DNA of 62,389 nt, filler included, from Chiloscyllium plagiosum (GCF_004010195.1; 4 parts of one record of this genome joined end to end with filler, not necessarily neighbours in it); one strand, 5' to 3'. Positions 23,748-36,720 are shown, counted from the first letter of the whole stretch. Notes: a model not told the origin generated them from the letters alone. Numbers and translations: made by a program.

Positions 23748-25454
23748 CAGATAGTCATAGAGATGTACCGCATGGAAACAGACCCTTCGGTCCAACCTGT
23801 CCATGCCGACCAGATATCCCAACCCAATCTAGTCTCACATNNNNNNNNNNNNNNNNNNNNNNNNNNNNNNNNNNNNNNNNNNNNNNNNNNNNNNNNNNNN
23901 NNNNNNNNNNNNNNNNNNNNNNNNNNNNNNNNNNNNNNNNNNNNNNNNNNNNNNNNNNNNNNNNNNNNNNNNNNNNNNNNNNNNNNNNNNNNNNNNNNNN
24001 NNNNNNNNNNNNNNNNNNNNNNNNNNNNNNNNNNNNNNNNNNNNNNNNNNNNNNNNNNNNNNNNNNNNNNNNNNNNNNNNNNNNNNNNNNNNNNNNNNNN
24101 NNNNNNNNNNNNNNNNNNNNNNNNNNNNNNNNNNNNNNNNNNNNNNNNNNNNNNNNNNNNNNNNNNNNNNNNNNNNNNNNNNNNNNNNNNNNNNNNNNNN
24201 NNNNNNNNNNNNNNNNNNNNNNNNNNNNNNNNNNNNNNNNNNNNNNNNNNNNNNNNNNNNNNNNNNNNNNNNNNNNNNNNNNNNNNNNNNNNNNNNNNNN
24301 NNNNNNNNNNNNNNNNNNNNNNNNNNNNNNNNNNNNNNNNNNNNNNNNNNNNNNNNNNNNNNNNNNNNNNNNNNNNNNNNNNNNNNNNNNNNNNNNNNNN
24401 NNNNNNNNNNNNNNNNNNNNNNNNNNNNNNNNNNNNNNNNNNNNNNNNNNNNNNNNNNNNNNNNNNNNNNNNNNNNNNNNNNNNNNNNNNNNNNNNNNNN
24501 NNNNNNNNNNNNNNNNNNNNNNNNNNNNNNNNNNNNNNNNNNNNNNNNNNNNNCAAATGGCTAGTTCTCCCTGTATTCCCTGTATTGCTAATCAGTCTCC
24601 CATGGGGAACCTTGTTGAACGCCTTACTGAAGTCCACAAAGATTACATCTACTGCTCTGCTCTCATCAATCCTCTCTGTTACTTCCTCAAAAAGCTCAAT
24701 CAAGTTTGTGAGACATGATTTCCCTCGCACAAAGCCATGTTGACTATCCCTAATCAGTCCTTGCCTTTCCAAATACATGTACATCCTGTCCCTCAGGATT
24801 CCCTCCAACAACTTGCCCACCACCGACATTGGGCTCATTGATCTATAGTTCCCTGGCTTGTCCTTAACACCCTTCTTAAACAGTGGCACCACGTTAACCA
24901 ACCTCCAGCCTGCCAGCACCTCATCTGTGACCATGGATGATACAAATATCTCAGCAAGAGGCCCAGCATTCACTTCTCTAGATTCCCACAGAGTTTTAGT
25001 GTACTCCTGATCAGGTCCTGGGGATTTATCCACCTTTATCTGTTTCAAGACATCCAGCACTTCCTCCTCTGCAATCTGGGCATTTTGCAAGATGTCACCA
25101 TCTATTTCCCTATATCTTCCATATCCTTTTCCACAGTAAATATAATGCAAAATACTCATTTACTATCGCCCTCATTTTCTGTGGCTCCACAAAAAGGCTG
25201 CCTTGCTGATCTTTGAGGGGGCCCTATTCTCTCCCTAGTTAGCATTTTGTCCTTAATGTATTCATAAAAACTCTTTGGATTCTCCTTAATTCTATTTTCC
25301 AAAGCTATCTCATGTCCCCTTTTTGCCCTCCTGATTTCCCTCTTAAGTATACTCCTACTGCATTTATACTCTTATAAGGATTCATTCGATCTATCCTGTC
25401 TATACCTGACATATGCTTCCTTCTTTTTCTGAACCAAACACTCAATTTCTTTAG
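23748..25454 (-). mobile_element. CR1 LINE (RT N-terminus to 3' tail) spanning a gap
   Basis: Reads DKSPGPD, QHGFVRGKSCLTNLIE and [11 protein letters not shown]. The tail is at 23748-23840. Continuity across the gap is inferred. Confidence 0.82.
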
Positions 25455-25592
25455 TTGAAAAATGTGGTGCTGGAAAAACACAACAAGCCAGGCAGCATCC
25501 AAGGAGCAAGAGAATCGACATTTCGGGCATAAGCCCTTCTTCAGGAATGAGGCTGGTGTGCCAAGCAGGCTGAGATAAAAGGTAGGGGGGAG
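25455..25592 (-). mobile_element. PLE tail with hammerhead core
   Basis: Minus strand reads attcCTGAAGAagggcttatgcccGAAAtgtcgattc. Confidence 0.8.
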
Positions 25593-25692
25593 NNNNNNNN
25601 NNNNNNNNNNNNNNNNNNNNNNNNNNNNNNNNNNNNTTAATTAATTAANNNNNNNNNNNNNNNNNNNNNNNNNNNNNNNNNNNNNNNNNNNN

Positions 25693-26533
25693 ATGGGCTG
25701 AGAATTGGCAGATAGAGTTTAATTCGGATAAATGCGAGGTGCTGCATTTTGGGAAAGCAAATCTTAGCAAGACTTATACACTTAATGGTAAGGTCCAAGG
25801 GAGTGTTGCTGAACAAAGAGGCCTTGGAGTGCAGGTTTATAGCTCCTTGAAAGTGGAGTCTCAGGTAGATAGCATAGTGAAGAAGGTATTTGGTATGCTT
25901 TCCTTTATTGGTCAGAGTATTGAGTACAGGAGTTGGGAGGTCATGTTGCGGCTGTACAGAACATTGGTTAGGCCACTGTTGGAATATTGCGTGTAATTCT
26001 GGTCTCCTTCCTATCGGAAAGATGTTGTGAAACTTGAAAGGGTTCAGAAAAGACTTACAAGGATGTTGCCAGGGTTGGAGGATTTGAGCTATAGGGAAAG
26101 GCTGAACAGCTGGGGCTGGTTTCCCCAGAGCATCGGAGGCTGAGGGGTGACCTTATACAGGTTTACAAAATTATGTGAGGCATGGATAGGATAAATAGAC
26201 AAAGTCTTTTCCCTGGGGTTGGGGAGTCCAGAACTAGAGGGCATAGGTTTAGGGTGAGAGGAGCAAGGTATAAAAGAGACCTAAGAGGCAACTTTTTCAC
26301 ACAGAGGGTGGTACGGGTATGGAATGAGCTGCCAGAGGATGTGGTGGAGGTTGGTACAATTGCAACATTAAAGAGGCATTTGTTTGGGTATATGAATAGG
26401 AAGGGTTTGAAAGAATATGGGCCGGGTGCTGGGAGGTGGGACTAGATTGGGTTAGGATATCTGGTCGGCATGGACAGGTTGGACCAAAGGGTCTGTTTCT
26501 ATGCTGTACATCTTTATGACTCTTTGACTCTAT
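25693..26533 (+). mobile_element. CR1 LINE 3' end
   Basis: Reads KCEVLHFGK, LYRTLVRPLLEYCV and RTRGHRFRVRG...FFTQRVVRVWNELP. Confidence 0.92.
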
Positions 26534-26542
26534 GTATTGTAT

Positions 26543-27312
26543 GAGATCAAACCTTACTAACCAATCTCCCATGGGAACCTTGTGGAATACCTTAGTGAAG
26601 GCCATATAGATCACTTCCACCACTTTGCCCCCATCAATCCTCTTTGTTACTTCTTCAAAAAACTCAATCAAGTTTGTGAGACATGATTTTTTCACACACA
26701 ACGCCATGTTGACTAACTCTAATCAGTCCTTGCCTTTCCAAGTACATGTACATCGTATCCTTCAGGATTCTCTCCAACAACTTGCCCACTACTGACGTCA
26801 GGCTCACTGGTCTATAGTTCCCTGGTTTATTCTTACCACCCTTCTTAAACAGTGGCATCACGTTAGCCAACCTCCAGTCATCTGGCACCTCACCTGTGAC
26901 TACCGATGATACAAATACCTCAGCAAGAGGCCCAGCAATCACTTGCCTAGCTTCCCACAGAGTTCTAGGGTACACCCGATCCGGTCCTGGGGATTTATCC
27001 ACTTTTATGTGTTTCAAGTCATCCAGCATTTCCTCCTCTGTAATGTGGACATTTTTCAAGAGGTCACCATCCAATTCCCTACATTCTATATCTTCCATGT
27101 CCTTTTCCACAGTAAACACTGATGCAAAATACTCGTTTAGTATCTCCCCCATCTCCTGCAGCTCCACACAAAGGCTGCCTTGCTGATCTTAGAGGGGCCC
27201 TATTCTCTCCCTCGTTGCCCTCCTGACTTTCCTCTTCAGTGTACTCCTACTGCCTTTATACTCTTTAAAGGATACATTCAATCTATCTTGTCTATACCTG
27301 ACAAATGCTTCA
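26543..27312 (-). mobile_element. CR1 ORF2 fragment
   Basis: ORF 26664-27167 reads ILNEYFASVFT..DKSPGPD..GNYRPVSLTSVVGKLLE. Confidence 0.9.
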
Positions 27313-28059
27313 TTTTGATATCTTTGATAGTAATATACTGGATGATATTGGTGTTAAATCTGTAAAATGTTAACAGCATCTTTTTTGATGGAACAGAAGT
27401 GTGGTGTATAGAAATTTAGCAAGCTAGTTTCGATAGGATCAAAATCAGGAATGGGATGATTAGAATATAAGCCTGACGATGGAGGTGCCAATCTCATCAT
27501 GGATACTAATGTCGCAACAGTACCCCAAAACTCTGAAAAATGACACAAATAAAAATTAGGTTCTAAAAATGCCCTTTACTGTGGAGTCTTTACTTCGAGT
27601 GGAGACAGTTCAAAGTGGCATCCCAAGTCTTCGGGGAACAAGATATCGAATTGTTTAATACTGATTGTCATCCTAGGCTAGGCTGTGTTTGATCATCTTT
27701 GTATTAGTTTTGAAACTGGTTGTGAATTGTCTTGTTCCCTGGGGTGGAGGGAATTGTCTGAGTTTAAATACACATTATGGTGCAGCGATAGCTGCGGTTT
27801 TCTTTATAAATGTATGAAAATTCAACCTGTTAAAAACAATCCCAAAAGCCCTTTCCATAAACCAAAGTGCTCAAAATTGACTTATGACAAGATTTTCAAC
27901 GATTTTACGTTGGTTTTCAAGCAATCGCGAAACCGAAAGTAATTCCTAGTGCACAATTGTTCGTCCTCTCACTTTAAGGTTTCTCATCTCTAATTATACA
28001 TTCGCTTCTGTTACATATAATTGAGGTTTCGCTCAGTAAATGAATAAAATGGAGCTTAT

Positions 28060-28131
28060 TGGAGATGCCGGGGATTGAACCCGGGACCTCACACATGCGA
28101 AGCGCGCGCTCTACCACTGAGCTACATCCCC
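28060..28131 (-). tRNA. tRNA-Ala-CGC: tRNA-Ala (anticodon CGC)
   Basis: GGGGATGTAGCTCAGTGGTAGAGCGCGCGCTTCGCATGTGTGAGGTCCCGGGTTCAATCCCCGGCATCTCCA, 72 nt. It has the G3:U70 Ala determinant, intact A/B boxes, and TTTT 10 nt downstream (28046-28049). Confidence 0.97.
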
Positions 28132-28431
28132 GAGCCCGAAAAATGCCGCTAAATAATGGCTGAAGTCGATTTAAGTGTCATGTTGACTGAAACAGTTGGG
28201 GAAGCTTTGCTGCGAGATTGATTCCTCAAGCTGGAGATTTCTGCCTGTTTGCGTTGATTGGCACAATACCAGCGAAACGCCATCCGCTCACACTCGCGTC
28301 AGTCAGATTTACTCGTTCAATTTGCTTCCTCGCTCACGACATCCCGGCTGAAATCATGTAAAAACGTAAACGTTTCTCAGAGACTTCTCACGTCTCTCTG
28401 AGACAGTTACGAAAAGAAACAACCAACGCCG

Positions 28432-28448
28432 TTAAAGAAAATGTAAAA
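28432..28448 (-). terminator. Pol III terminator T-runs of tRNA-Gly
   Basis: Minus strand reads TTTTACATTTTCTTT starting 7 nt after the discriminator base. Confidence 0.7.
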
Positions 28449-28455
28449 CGCACGT

Positions 28456-28526
28456 TGCATCGGCCGGGAATCGAACCCGGGCCTCCCGCGTGGCAGGCGA
28501 GAATTCTACCACTGAACCACCGATGC
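28456..28526 (-). tRNA. tRNA-Gly-GCC: tRNA-Gly (anticodon GCC)
   Basis: GCATCGGTGGTTCAGTGGTAGAATTCTCGCCTGCCACGCGGGAGGCCCGGGTTCGATTCCCGGCCGATGCA, 71 nt. The acceptor stem is fully paired and T-runs follow. Confidence 0.97.
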
Positions 28527-28944
28527 ACAAACGCTAGCTCGTGCAGACCCTTTAAAAGCCCAACCATCAACTGCCGATGATTATGTTTCGTTCGGTTGTG
28601 CAGTACTCGAATTCAGATTTCCGCTGATTGACTTCATTGGCATTTTGCTCGTCAGTCCACTCTGTAAAACATTCTTTGCAGCTCATGACTAGAATGGTCA
28701 GGTTGGTTCTGGTGACACATAAACAAAACAGGGGAAAATAAAACTCACCACGCTCACGATACCCAGTGGAAAGAAACCTGCAGCTAACGTAGAGACATTT
28801 TGCGGGGGGGAGAGGCCAAAGTAAGGATGCGATGGGCTGAAAGCCGAACTGGACTTGGTGCAAGTTGTGATACAGGTTTGGGATGAGTTCAAGGTTATCA
28901 TGTGTGCAGAAGGCTACCAGCAGCAGGTGTGCTCAAACAGGAGC

Positions 28945-29215
28945 AAAAATGGTCAATGTTAAACACATGGAATTAGGTTGTCTGGTTGATGGTGTCATTA
29001 TAGAGTCAGCAGCTCATCTGAGGGCCAAATAGGATATCATGTAAACAATCTGCTCCAAACAGTGCTAAGGGAGTGATGGGGTCAGTGTCCAGGAAACAGA
29101 GTGATGGGGACCAAGGACAATTGCTTTTTATCATTCCATTCGTCATTTGGAGGAAATTTCTGCTCATCCAATACTGAATGTCAGACAAGCAGTTTTACAA
29201 ACCAGAGGTGGTGGA
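28945..29215 (-). mobile_element. Old L2-clade LINE fragment
   Basis: CLSDIQYWMSRNFLQ resembles the L2 RT C-terminal motif (DI..WM..NFLQLN..KT). Confidence 0.6.
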
Positions 29216-29606
29216 ACAACGTAAAATTACATAAATGAGCAACATTAAAATATAACTGAGAATGAAGCTGAGCAACCTGGAGTTTTATTAGACTTCACAC
29301 TTGAACTACTTGACACAGTGGAGCAGCAATTAACAAAGTAAATATATAGCTGATTTTAAAAACATGTAAATCCTGGAGATTTATATTTGTAGAATGAATG
29401 CATGCAGGCAAAAATCAGTTGTAGCCCTTTACATAGCAAAAAAAATACTAAATTACATAACCAAATTAGTTGAGCATAATTTGAAATTTATAGGGAAAAA
29501 ATGAAAATATTTTAGATGGCAGTATATAAAGTATAGACAACAAACAGAGAAAAACAGGGCAATATTATATTCTGTAAGATGGGCCTTACATGACATTCAT
29601 CAGTAT

Positions 29607-30363
29607 TTAGAGTCATGCAGTTGTACAGCTTGGAAACAGACCCTTCGGTCAAACTTGTCATGCCTATCCTCAAGTAATCTAGTCCCATTTGTCAGCTTTT
29701 GGCCCATATCCCTCCAAATTCTTCCTATTCTTGTACCCATCCAGATGCCTTTTAAATGTTGTAATTGTACCAGCCTCCACCACCTCCTCAGGCAGCTCAT
29801 TCCAAACATGCACCACCCTCTACATGAAAAAGTTGCCGCTTGAGTCCCTTTTAAATCTTTCTTGTCTCACCTTAAACTTATGCCCTCTGGTTTTGGACTC
29901 CCCTACCCTCAGAAAAGAACCTGGCTATTCGTTTTATCCATGCTCCTCTTGATTTTATAAACTTTTATATCATACCATCCATCAGCCTCTGACACTACAG
30001 GGAAAATAGCCCCAGCCTATTCTGCCTCTTCCTATCCCTCAAACCTTCCAACTCTGGCAACATCCTTGTACATCTTTTCTGAACCCTTTCAAATTTAGCA
30101 ACATCTTTCCTATAGAAGAGACACCAGAATTGCATGCAGTATTCCAAAAGTGGCCTAACAAATATCCTGTACAGGTGCAATGTAACCTCCTAGCTCCTTT
30201 ACTCAATGCACTGAGCAATAAAAGCAAGGGTGCCAAATTCTCTCTTCCTTACCCTGACTACCTGAGACTTCACTTTCAAGGAACCATGAACCTGCAACCA
30301 AAGTTCATCTGTTCGGCCACACTCCCTAGGATCCTTCCATTAAGTGTTTAAGGTCTGCCCTGA
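29607..30363 (-). mobile_element. CR1 LINE 3' end
   Basis: Reads LYRIFVRPLLEYCMQFW..ERVQKRCTRMLPELE, followed by the HER1-like tail. Confidence 0.88.
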
Positions 30364-30749
30364 TTACAAATCATAATCAATGACTTAAGAATTTAGTCAA
30401 AATTTGATCCATGGTCCGAAATCCAAATTCGACCTGACTGTTTTATTTATTTTGGCAAAAATTATTACAAAATCGGGAATTTCTATCTGCATCGTGTGTC
30501 TGTGTCCAAGTGGGGAGCAAAACGTAAGATTGAGAACTGCTGCTGAACCATTACCATGTAATTGAGAGTCTCTGAATGACTGTTGTCTTTCTTCACCCTG
30601 TGAAACTTCTCTTTTGTCGCGCAACGCTTTGTGACATAGCAAGCCACAGTTATCTCAGAGGCCTAAGCTGAATTATTCAAGCAATAGGATAACTGCTTGA
30701 AGATCCCTTTGGTGTATGCACTTCTACCATTTTGTATCCCTTCACCATG

Positions 30750-31010
30750 GGTGGCACAGTGGTTAGCACTGCTACCTTACAGTGCCAGAGACCTGGGTTC
30801 ATTTCTTGCCTCAGGCAACTGTTTGCACATTCTCCCCATGTCTGTGTGGGTTTCCTCCCACAGTCCAAAAATGTGCAGATTAGGTGAATTGGCCATGTTA
30901 AATTGCCTGTAGTGTTAGGTGAAGGGGAATGGGTCTGGGTGGGTTGCTCTTTGGAGGTTCGGTGTGGACTTGCTGGGCCGAAGGGGCCTGTTTCCACACT
31001 GTATGTAAGT
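30750..31010 (+). mobile_element. HE1-like V-SINE
   Basis: GGTGGCACAGTGGTTAGCACTGC head, V-domain and GGGCCTGTTTCCACACTGT tail. Confidence 0.88.
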
Positions 31011-32484
31011 AATTAATCTTGTATTTCGGTGATGGTCTTGTCAATAGCTATGCTTCAATGTATATCTTTCTCCACTTCACCTTTAAGTCTTTTTGATCCT
31101 TCAAATAATACTGTACTTCCATTGTCAATGAATAAATCATGGGATAGCAAGAGTATTAGGCAATGGTGTATAATTAATTCCAATAGCTGAATTAATAGAA
31201 TATTAATTCCAATATTCCAATTCCAACTGGGTCATCACCAGTTTGTTTTGTTCATGAATGGGCAATGTAATGAAATGAATGTATTGGGAACAGAGTCACA
31301 TATGGATTTAGGAGTTTTGTATTTACTATTGTGCTCTCAGGAATCTCGCCACACATTATGAGTTGTAGGCTTTTTCCTGTTGATGGCTACCTTCCAAAAG
31401 AAAATTAATTCAGTTGCTGATTTTGGCAAGCAAAGTGTTGGTGACTTCCATTATGCAAGTGTACACAAAGATTTCAATATCACAGTGATTGTCTGTGCAT
31501 GTTTAGAATCAGTCAATGATTTGTAACCTTCAAAGAAACAAACAGCTTTCCTTTTTCTGGAGCCAGTGCATATATTTATTGTGGGAATGTGCATTATTCA
31601 CTTGTGGTCTTCTTTAAGAATTCTTGCCTGTGCAGGCATCTTTGAAAATTCTAATTTCGGAAGTCTGGTGTTGTACACAAGTAGTACAATGAAGGTAGAT
31701 CTTAAAACAATGTGTCACATGTGAGTACAGCTAGCCTCTTATACTTGTTCAACATGGCCTGAGGAGGGCTTCCAGAATTTCATGTTCTCCCATGCTTAGT
31801 TTCCTATCATTCTCCCACATGGATCCTTTCCAGTAGGTTTGGGGTAACTAGGAAAGGTTTAGTGACTGTATCTTCTCCGAATTCTGCTAGGAATGGGCTG
31901 GTCCACTCTGGGAGCTGGGTGACTGCCCATAGTTTCCTTGCAGCAGCATTTCAGTGACAGACGCTGGTGCACTCTAAAATGCAGCAATGAAGTAAAGATG
32001 TATACTGTAAGTTGATCAGAAATATGCTATGATGATGCAGAGACCATGGTACCTATTAGAAACCAACAGCCAAAGACATGGGGTGAACGTAGCCATTCCC
32101 CTGGACTGTGCCCTAAGATGTTATTGCTGGGTGTTCATGTTGAAGGTTCGGAGGAGCAAATGGTGAGTTATCAGGTACCCACTACATTGGGCATTCCAAC
32201 CTCTGGTTTTCTACCAGCAGGCAGGAGAATGAGAGAATGCATATTAATAGGTGAATTTGGGTGGCAATGAGCCATAATCCATGTTAATAGGCCTCTTGCT
32301 GCTCACTAGCAAGAATCTTGTTGCAACATGCAAGACTTGGTTAGAAAATGTGATTTTTTTTTATCTGAACTTTGAGATGGGCTATGCTTGATATCTAAGC
32401 TCTTAATATCTTTCTCAAAATTTTCACACTGGTCCATGGAAGACTTTTCCATTATTTTGGTAGGCAGATAGAAATTTCTTTGTC

Positions 32485-33050
32485 CTATTCCTTTTCAAAT
32501 GGGTGGTTTTGCTGGAACTGTATAAATCAATAGTTGGGCCACAATTTGAGTAGTATGCACAGTTTTGCTCACATCATTATAGAAAAGAGGAGGTTTACAG
32601 TCATGTTGCCTGGACTGGAAAAATACAGCTCTGATGAATGATTGGATAGGCTAGCATGGTTCTGTTTTCACAGCAATCCTGGGAGGGAGATTTGATTAAG
32701 ATGCACAAAATTGGGGCAGGCCTGAACTGAATAGATGGGAAGAGTCTATTTACCTTAGCAGAGAGGTTAAAGATTAGGGGATATAGGTTTAAAGTGATCA
32801 ATAGAAAGATTAGGAATTTTGTTTTCATCTAGGAATAGTAGGGGTATGGAACTCACTGCTTGTGAATTGTTTGTGAGAGGCAGAAACTCTCATTTACAAG
32901 GTGCCTGCATATGCGTTTGCATTCTGAAAACTTGCAGGGCCACTGACCAAGTACTGGAAAGTGGGATTAGTCTGGGTGGGTTGCTTTTTGATGGGCATAA
33001 ACATGTTGGGCAAATGGCCTCTTTTTGTGCCACAAGATTTCTGTGATTCA
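32485..33050 (+). mobile_element. Degenerate CR1 3' end
   Basis: Remnants of ELYKSIVGPQFE, GDLIK and WNSL, plus a GGGC.AATGGCCTC tail. Confidence 0.7.
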
Positions 33051-35779
33051 ATACTGTGTTAGTTGAGAAGTCTGCCAAAGTGTTCTTTACTACTATTGAC
33101 CATAAACTTACATTCAGTAGTCAATATACATGTTGTGATTGTGACAGTTCCAAATGCTATGAGATCAAATATTTGAGTAACAAGAAAAGCTAGCCATCTA
33201 AAGTTGCTCCTTTGCAGTAAACATACAAGTAGTATTTTCTAAAATCAAACTACTACCATCAAACCAAAAAAAATTGCAACAAAATTTAGTCATGTGGTAT
33301 ATTAGTTTTAGTGCTAGTATGATATAAGGTGTGTATACCATATTGGCAAATCTTATCAAAAAACACTTCCCTTTGACTGTCTACAGTGGGCAATGTGCTG
33401 ACTGTGCTCAACCAGTCTATGCTTGCAAAACAAGTGTCCAACTTCAGATGTGATTCTGCTTGGATACTATTTACTAAACAATCCTGACTGTGCTAAGAAT
33501 TAAATAGGAAATCAATTTAAAATTCTTATATGGGCTTGCAGTGTGATTAATTTGTCTATGCTGGAAGTTATCTATTCACATACAGGACCCTGTTGTCTGT
33601 AAACAAAAGGAATTTCTCTATATATTGCACCTTTTTCAATTCAGAAATGTTTATGAAAGCTGCCAATCCTTGCTTCATTCCCCATGGTAACACTCGGAGC
33701 CTAGTCTGAATTTAATGAGTGAAGTAAGATTTCAGTTCACAGTATCTCCATGCAAACTGTAGTCCACCCAAACAGCACCTTATTCTTATGCTGTACAAAT
33801 GAATGTTCCCTTTCTGTTTGGTTTCTAGCATGTTAGTCCTCTCTATTATGCGGTAATTCTTCAAAATAAACCAACTACTCATGGTTCATTTTCAAGAGGC
33901 AACAACTCAAAGAACAAAACATATAACTGGCAACTGCTAAGGCTTTAAACCAGGGACAGATTAGCTTCTAATCCCGATTAGTTGGAATAATGTATTTACA
34001 ATGTATTTACAACTCATTGTAAACCTCTCACCTCCAATCCTTGAGTAAAAGCACGATGATATTGCTTGAAATACTTTATTCCAGCTAATGTAATTTGAGC
34101 TATTGAACCCACATAAACAAATAGAGCCTAATTAGCCTTGTGACTCTGATCTATGTTATTCCTTTAACCCTTATGCTGAACTCCCCTTATCCATATTTAT
34201 GTATTACAACAAGACTGTCTCCAACCATGTTTTATTAATGCACCCATAATAGTCAGCATTTTTACAGAGAGAACAGATCAGGTTACCAAGTCACTGGGAT
34301 ATCTAGGTGAACACATTATCATAAGTACCTCAATCCTGGATCTTGGCCAAACTCTTGCCATGGTTTGGCCAAAGGATTCAAATCTACTCCATCCATGCAA
34401 TGTCCTGTAAATAGCCATAAATTTAAGGTAGGCCTATGTCTAATGATGGCCCTGTTTGTAGTTTTGCTTTACAATACCTGACTCTTGTCATAGTCTCTAT
34501 CGCAATACTATAAATAATAAAGTAAGGTCTAATGCAAATGGCAAAATATGCTTATCCTTGTAATTAGGTGACCTTTTAGCTTGTAAAGCTTCTTTTTCTT
34601 TCTTCTTTGTCATATAGGTTGACAGGAGAGCATTACTGAATCATGCATTTGGTTGTTTGTAATGATTTATCCCCTGTACCACAATAATTTGAAAGAATTT
34701 GAAGAACTTATTCAACCAAGCTGCAATACTTTTGAGTTTGAAGTTCAAGAAATTAAGTACTTTACAATTAATATAATTAAAATAATGTTTAATGCCATAA
34801 ATATGAATCTCAACAGTCATGGTATTTGTAGAGTAGTTGCTATATACTCCTTAGTCAACCAAAGGTTTGTTTAAATTGGTAATGAACAATACAGGGGAAT
34901 GAATTAAATATTACTTCTGCTCTGTATTTTCCTAATTTTTATATAATTCTTCTTTATTTGTTATGGTATGTACTGCACTGACAAGTGAGCAGCAGGAAAC
35001 ATGAATGAACATGAATAAAGGACTATTTTGCTATTCCGATTCTAAAGATGTTTATAGTTTGCAGCACTCTAGAAATATAGCAGCAGTAATACTTAAAACT
35101 GTTGATTATTCTAATCTATTTCTCACATGATCCTCACATTAGAAATCTTGACTTCAAAGTACATGCTGGTCTGGATTGGCTGTACTTTTATTGCTTTAAC
35201 AACCTTTGTTGCTTTGTTGAATCATACCTGAACTCAACCCTTACTCAAGGGATGAAAGAATGCAGTCCTTTTTTCCACAATGTTATTTGTTGTCCGAGTT
35301 GCAATTCCTGTAAAACTACTGAGATTTTGACAGAGAAAAGATCAGTGAAAATTATTACTTTACTGGATGTAGCAGGGCTTTGGATAATTTTTTCACAGAT
35401 ATTTTAAAAAACTAAATGTAAACTTTTTGTGTTAAAATGGAATGTCTTCATTCAAATTAAATAAACAATTACTCTACCTATTAACAATATTGTCTATCGC
35501 AGCCTTCCATCTTGATGGTTTGCGTCACACTAATCAGTTGTACATTAAGCATTGTCTAGTGCCCCTGAGGAGCTCCACTCTGACTTACCAATCTGATATC
35601 TTTGCTACAGAGAATGACATTGGCCTTTGTTTTCTATGCATCCTCTTCTCAGCCAGCTGACTTTTTGATTCTGCTTGCCTCTTCCAATAGCTTTCCAAAT
35701 AGTCAGCATCCAGAGATTATAGTTGTCAGTGACAATCACTTAATTGTCAGTGTCACAATATCCACCACATTCATACCTT

Positions 35780-36720
35780 GCTTACAGGTGTCCATGTAAG
35801 GGAAATATTAAGATGCTATGACCTAGCGACCAGTTCACTATACAAAAGGTCTTTGTAAATATGATCTTCATCTGTCCAGTGAACATGACTGACCCAGGAT
35901 AACATTTTTGGCTTAGTCATGAGTACTGATAGAATTAGCATGCTCTGGGCGCTCTGAGTTGGAGACTTGGTCCTGAGATGGCAAGGATATGTATGAGACT
36001 GTGAAGGTGCAAACTGTTCAGAATTTCTCCTGCTTAGAATATGTTACCTCAGTCTTAATACTGATGAGTCGAATGAGGATGTAGACTCATTTAGGTATAC
36101 TCAGTCAGACTGCCATTGCTTCATACCCACTTACTCAGCCTGTGGTCACAGTTGTAGTTTTTATGATTCAAGTGTTAATTACAGCATAAAGTGACAGATT
36201 GCTGGTGACACCAAGATATGTAAAACAATCAACAATACCCACTGTCACATTGTCAATGCTGATAGATGGCAGTATAGCAACATCCAGGACCGTTACTTGT
36301 GTCTTTCTTATGCTGAAGCTCAAACCAAATGCTTTGCAGGTGAGAGAAAGTCTATCCATCTCCTGCTGCCGATGTTCCCTAATTATAGAATGTTCGGGCA
36401 GCATTGTCAGTGTTGAGCAGTTCTCTGATAAGGACTTAGCATAACTTTGTCTTAGATCTTAGGTGAGCAGGTTGATCAACTTTCTGTCAGTTCTGGTTTG
36501 TAGGTAGACACATTGTGTAGATTACCTGAAGGCCTATTTCAGCAACAAAAAGAAGAATATGTTAAAGTGTGTATCAATATCAGAATATAACCCTGTACGA
36601 TTCCACAGTGGATCTTAAGGTTTTCAGACTGCCCCTGCCTTAGTTGACATTACCCAGCATGTTGTCATGGAAAATTATTAGAGTGTGCAGTTTGGCACAG
36701 GCAGACAATTTTTACCAGTG
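35780..36720 (-). mobile_element. RTE-clade LINE RT/C-terminal relic
   Basis: Reads LIRELLNTDN (decayed ELLFADD), MDRLSLTCKAFGLSFSIRKT, VDCFTYLG and LYSEL. Confidence 0.7.

Noticed and set aside
21756..25159. Long ORFs of 326-470 aa in the ORF track
   Set aside because: Their length comes from translated N runs. The real parts are PLE and CR1 fragments.
33586..33723. Acceptor and donor-like sites suggesting an exon (also an acceptor near 34617)
   Set aside because: No recognisable protein, a stop in the frame I checked, and such motifs are common by chance.
34342..34372. Inverted repeat TTGGCCAAAC-N10-GTTTGGCCAA
   Set aside because: Short, isolated, and without a TSD or other context, so it is plausible by chance.
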